Assembly: GCA_963719635.1 (NCBI GenBank)
Contig: CAVRCS010000004.1
Location: forward strand, 557,908 to 621,907
DNA: 64,000 nt
From: an uncultured Thermoplasmata archaeon
Lineage (GTDB): Archaea; Thermoplasmatota; Thermoplasmata; Lutacidiplasmatales; UBA184
Direction of reading: 5' to 3'
The notes beneath the pieces were generated by a model. That model did not search any database. It was not told where the DNA came from and was given only the letters and a program-made list of their open reading frames with translations. The translations under genes were made by a program, and so were the position numbers. This document shows, in pieces, positions 62,420 through 64,000 of this stretch (its first letter is position 1; every line of letters begins with the position of its first letter).

Positions 62420-62989
62420 ATGGCGACCGATACGTCGGCGGACCGCGTGCGTCCGGCGGCGTGGGGGGCGTGGCTCCTCGCGGCGATCTTCCTGGTCATC
62501 GCCGGGCTCGTCTTCGCGGCCCTCTACTTCGCGTACCCGAACGACGGGCACTGGTACGCCCTGCTCGGCAACGGGATCATCGCGGTGCTCTTCTCGCTCG
62601 GCAGCTACCTCGCCGAGGCCGCCTCGCGCGAGCCGACGATCCAGCGGTCGCTGGCGTGGGGGTTCTTCGGGATGGGGTTCGCCGTCCTGCTCCTGACGGT
62701 CGTGCTCGGCCCGACGTACGGGGTACCGAGCACCGTCGGGTCGATCGAGGGACTGATCGTGGTGCTCGCCGCGCTGTTCATCACCGTCGGGCTGATGATG
62801 TGGCGCGTCCGCGCCCTCCACGCGACCGCCTCCCGCGAGGCGCCCCGGGAGGCGTGGCGCCACGAGCCCGCGCCGTCGGCCCTGAACTACGCGGCCGCCA
62901 CCGCGCCGAGCGTCGCGGCCGTCACGCCGCCGCCGACGCGCTCGGACGCCCCGTCGTCCCCGCCGTCACCCCCGAGCCGGAGCCCGTAG
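62420..62989 (+). CDS. Membrane protein (four TM helices) with Pro/Ser-rich tail
   Basis: Hydrophobic segments AWLLAAIFLVIAGLVFAALYF, GIIAVLFSLGSYL, WGFFGMGFAVLLLTVVLG and LIVVLAALFITVGLMMW. Confidence 0.55.
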   Translation: MATDTSADRVRPAAWGAWLLAAIFLVIAGLVFAALYFAYPNDGHWYALLGNGIIAVLFSLGSYLAEAASREPTIQRSLAWGFFGMGFAVLLLTVVLGPTYGVPSTVGSIEGLIVVLAALFITVGLMMWRVRALHATASREAPREAWRHEPAPSALNYAAATAPSVAAVTPPPTRSDAPSSPPSPPSRSP

Positions 62990-62990
62990 G

Positions 62991-63692
62991 ATGGCGACGA
63001 CCGCTCCGGCCCCGTCGACCTCCCCCGCCGCGACGTGCCCGAAGTGCGGCGCCCCGGCGCCGCCGGGCTCGAGGTTCTGCAACGCCTGTGGCTCCTCCCT
63101 TGTCGTCCAGGCCGGCAGTTCGACCGGGACGCTCGCCGCCCCCGGCGCGCCCCCGCTCGACATCCGCCAGAAGGTCGACGACGACCGCGGATTCCTCAAG
63201 CGGCTGCAGCTCCTCGTCCCCGGCTTCCGCGGCTACCGGGAGGGGGAGGACCTCCGTGCGGCCGACAGCATCCTCCGGCGCGAGGCGGCGGACAAGGTAA
63301 AGGCGGCCCGCACCACCGTCGAGAACGCCCGCGCCGCGCTCTCGAACGCCGGGATGTTCTCCGTGCTCACCGACCTCGCTCCCCTCATCGCGGACATGCT
63401 CCGCATCGAAGGGTCGATCCGCGCCGCCCAGCAAGGCTACACCGGATTCTCGCCTGCGGTGCGCATCCAGCCGCAGCAGCTCGACCGCCTGTACGAGTAC
63501 GACTACGGGTTCGTCCAGGCCGCCGACCAGCTCAACCAGGCGATCGCCGGGATGCCGGCGCTCGTCTCGGCGTCGCCGCCGAATGCGGCGGCGGTCGGCA
63601 CGCTTCTGACGGACGCTCGCACCCTGCTCGCCCGCCTCGACGCCGCGTTCAAGGCGCGTATCGAGGTCGTCGAGGGAGTCTTCGTCTCGTAG
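62991..63692 (+). CDS. Zinc-ribbon protein with helical C-terminal domain
   Basis: CPKCG-x9-CNACG ribbon, starting 2 nt after the previous stop. No family recognised for the helical domain. Confidence 0.55.
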   Translation: MATTAPAPSTSPAATCPKCGAPAPPGSRFCNACGSSLVVQAGSSTGTLAAPGAPPLDIRQKVDDDRGFLKRLQLLVPGFRGYREGEDLRAADSILRREAADKVKAARTTVENARAALSNAGMFSVLTDLAPLIADMLRIEGSIRAAQQGYTGFSPAVRIQPQQLDRLYEYDYGFVQAADQLNQAIAGMPALVSASPPNAAAVGTLLTDARTLLARLDAAFKARIEVVEGVFVS

Positions 63693-63714
63693 GACGGTCC
63701 ACGGAGAGTAGACG

Positions 63715-64000
63715 ATGGTGACCAACAACCCGATCCCGTCCAAGGGCGGGAGCCTCATCGGAGCAACGACGGTCAACTGGGAGGACGCCTACAAGGGTCC
63801 GAACGTGATGTGGCGCGTCCCGCGCAACATCCGTTGGAACGACAACATCGTCGTCCGCGAGGACGAGATCGCGGTCTTCTACCGGGACGGCAAGGTCCTC
63901 GCCTACCTCGACCGGCCGGACCGCTACGCGCTCACGAGCCTGAACGCGCCGATCATCGGCAACCTCGTCAAGGAGCTCTCCGGCGTCCGCCAGGAGGCGG
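63715..64000 (+). CDS. SPFH/Band-7-like protein (YdjI / 'virion core protein-like' Band_7_1 type), 5' partial at the window edge
   Basis: Hand translation gives MVTNNPIPSKGGSLIGATTVNWEDAYKGPNVMWRVPRNIRWNDNIVVREDEIAVFYRDGKVLAYLDRPDRYALTSLNAPIIG. It matches the pattern W-R-x-P ... I-V-V-R-E-x-x-x-A-V-F ... G-K ... Y-x-L-T-x-x-N-x-P that I recall for this family. Confidence 0.65.
   Translation, partial: MVTNNPIPSKGGSLIGATTVNWEDAYKGPNVMWRVPRNIRWNDNIVVREDEIAVFYRDGKVLAYLDRPDRYALTSLNAPIIGNLVKELSGVRQEA

Overview
High-GC (~70%) archaeal chromosomal segment. The archaeal identity follows from e-type ribosomal proteins (eS17, eL31, eL39, eS19), aIF6, TFB and Gar1. Thermopsin-family and Cld/HemQ-like genes hint at a Thermoplasmatota-like lineage, but that is inference only. 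I can support about 60 protein genes and one tRNA-Ser(CGA). I saw no CRISPR array, rRNA, transposase or integrase.

Main blocks:
- Surface, transport: two thermopsin-family surface-protein paralogs (one intact giant, one broken by two frame changes), an NhaP antiporter and a ClC channel.
- Heme: an eight-gene operon hemA-hemC-hemD-hemB-hemQ(chdC)-hemL-hemE-hemH.
- Efflux and housekeeping: a PadR/ABC-2 efflux module, TauE/DUF1634, a phosphohexomutase, Mut7-C plus Trm11, an S2P protease and PPAT.
- Candidate novel module (30.9-37.5 kb): an uncharacterised minus-strand operon encoding a membrane protein, a vWA protein, an atypical GTPase and a ~1,050-aa coiled-coil protein. This is my best candidate for a new system.
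- Conserved operon and Mo enzyme: the rps19e-PDCD5-rpl39e-rpl31e-eif6 operon, then a mocA-xdhC-coxS/L/M-type molybdenum hydroxylase cluster.
- Translation/transcription neighbourhood: purN, gar1-tfb, two Zn-ribbon/helical proteins of unknown function and a ThiS/SAMP-type ubiquitin-like gene.
- Right-hand end: a PGI/PMI gene, a tandem KaiC-like ATPase pair, an HD hydrolase and a 1,524-aa TPR protein ending in a RING-like zinc finger, followed by a membrane/Zn-ribbon/SPFH trio.

Technical caveat: about 19 genes or gene segments change reading frame relative to conserved family motifs, often at short G/C runs. Several long ORFs in the supplied track are therefore read-through artefacts, and true genes appear split. 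Stop codons are rare at this GC content, so long antisense ORFs are common and were rejected.
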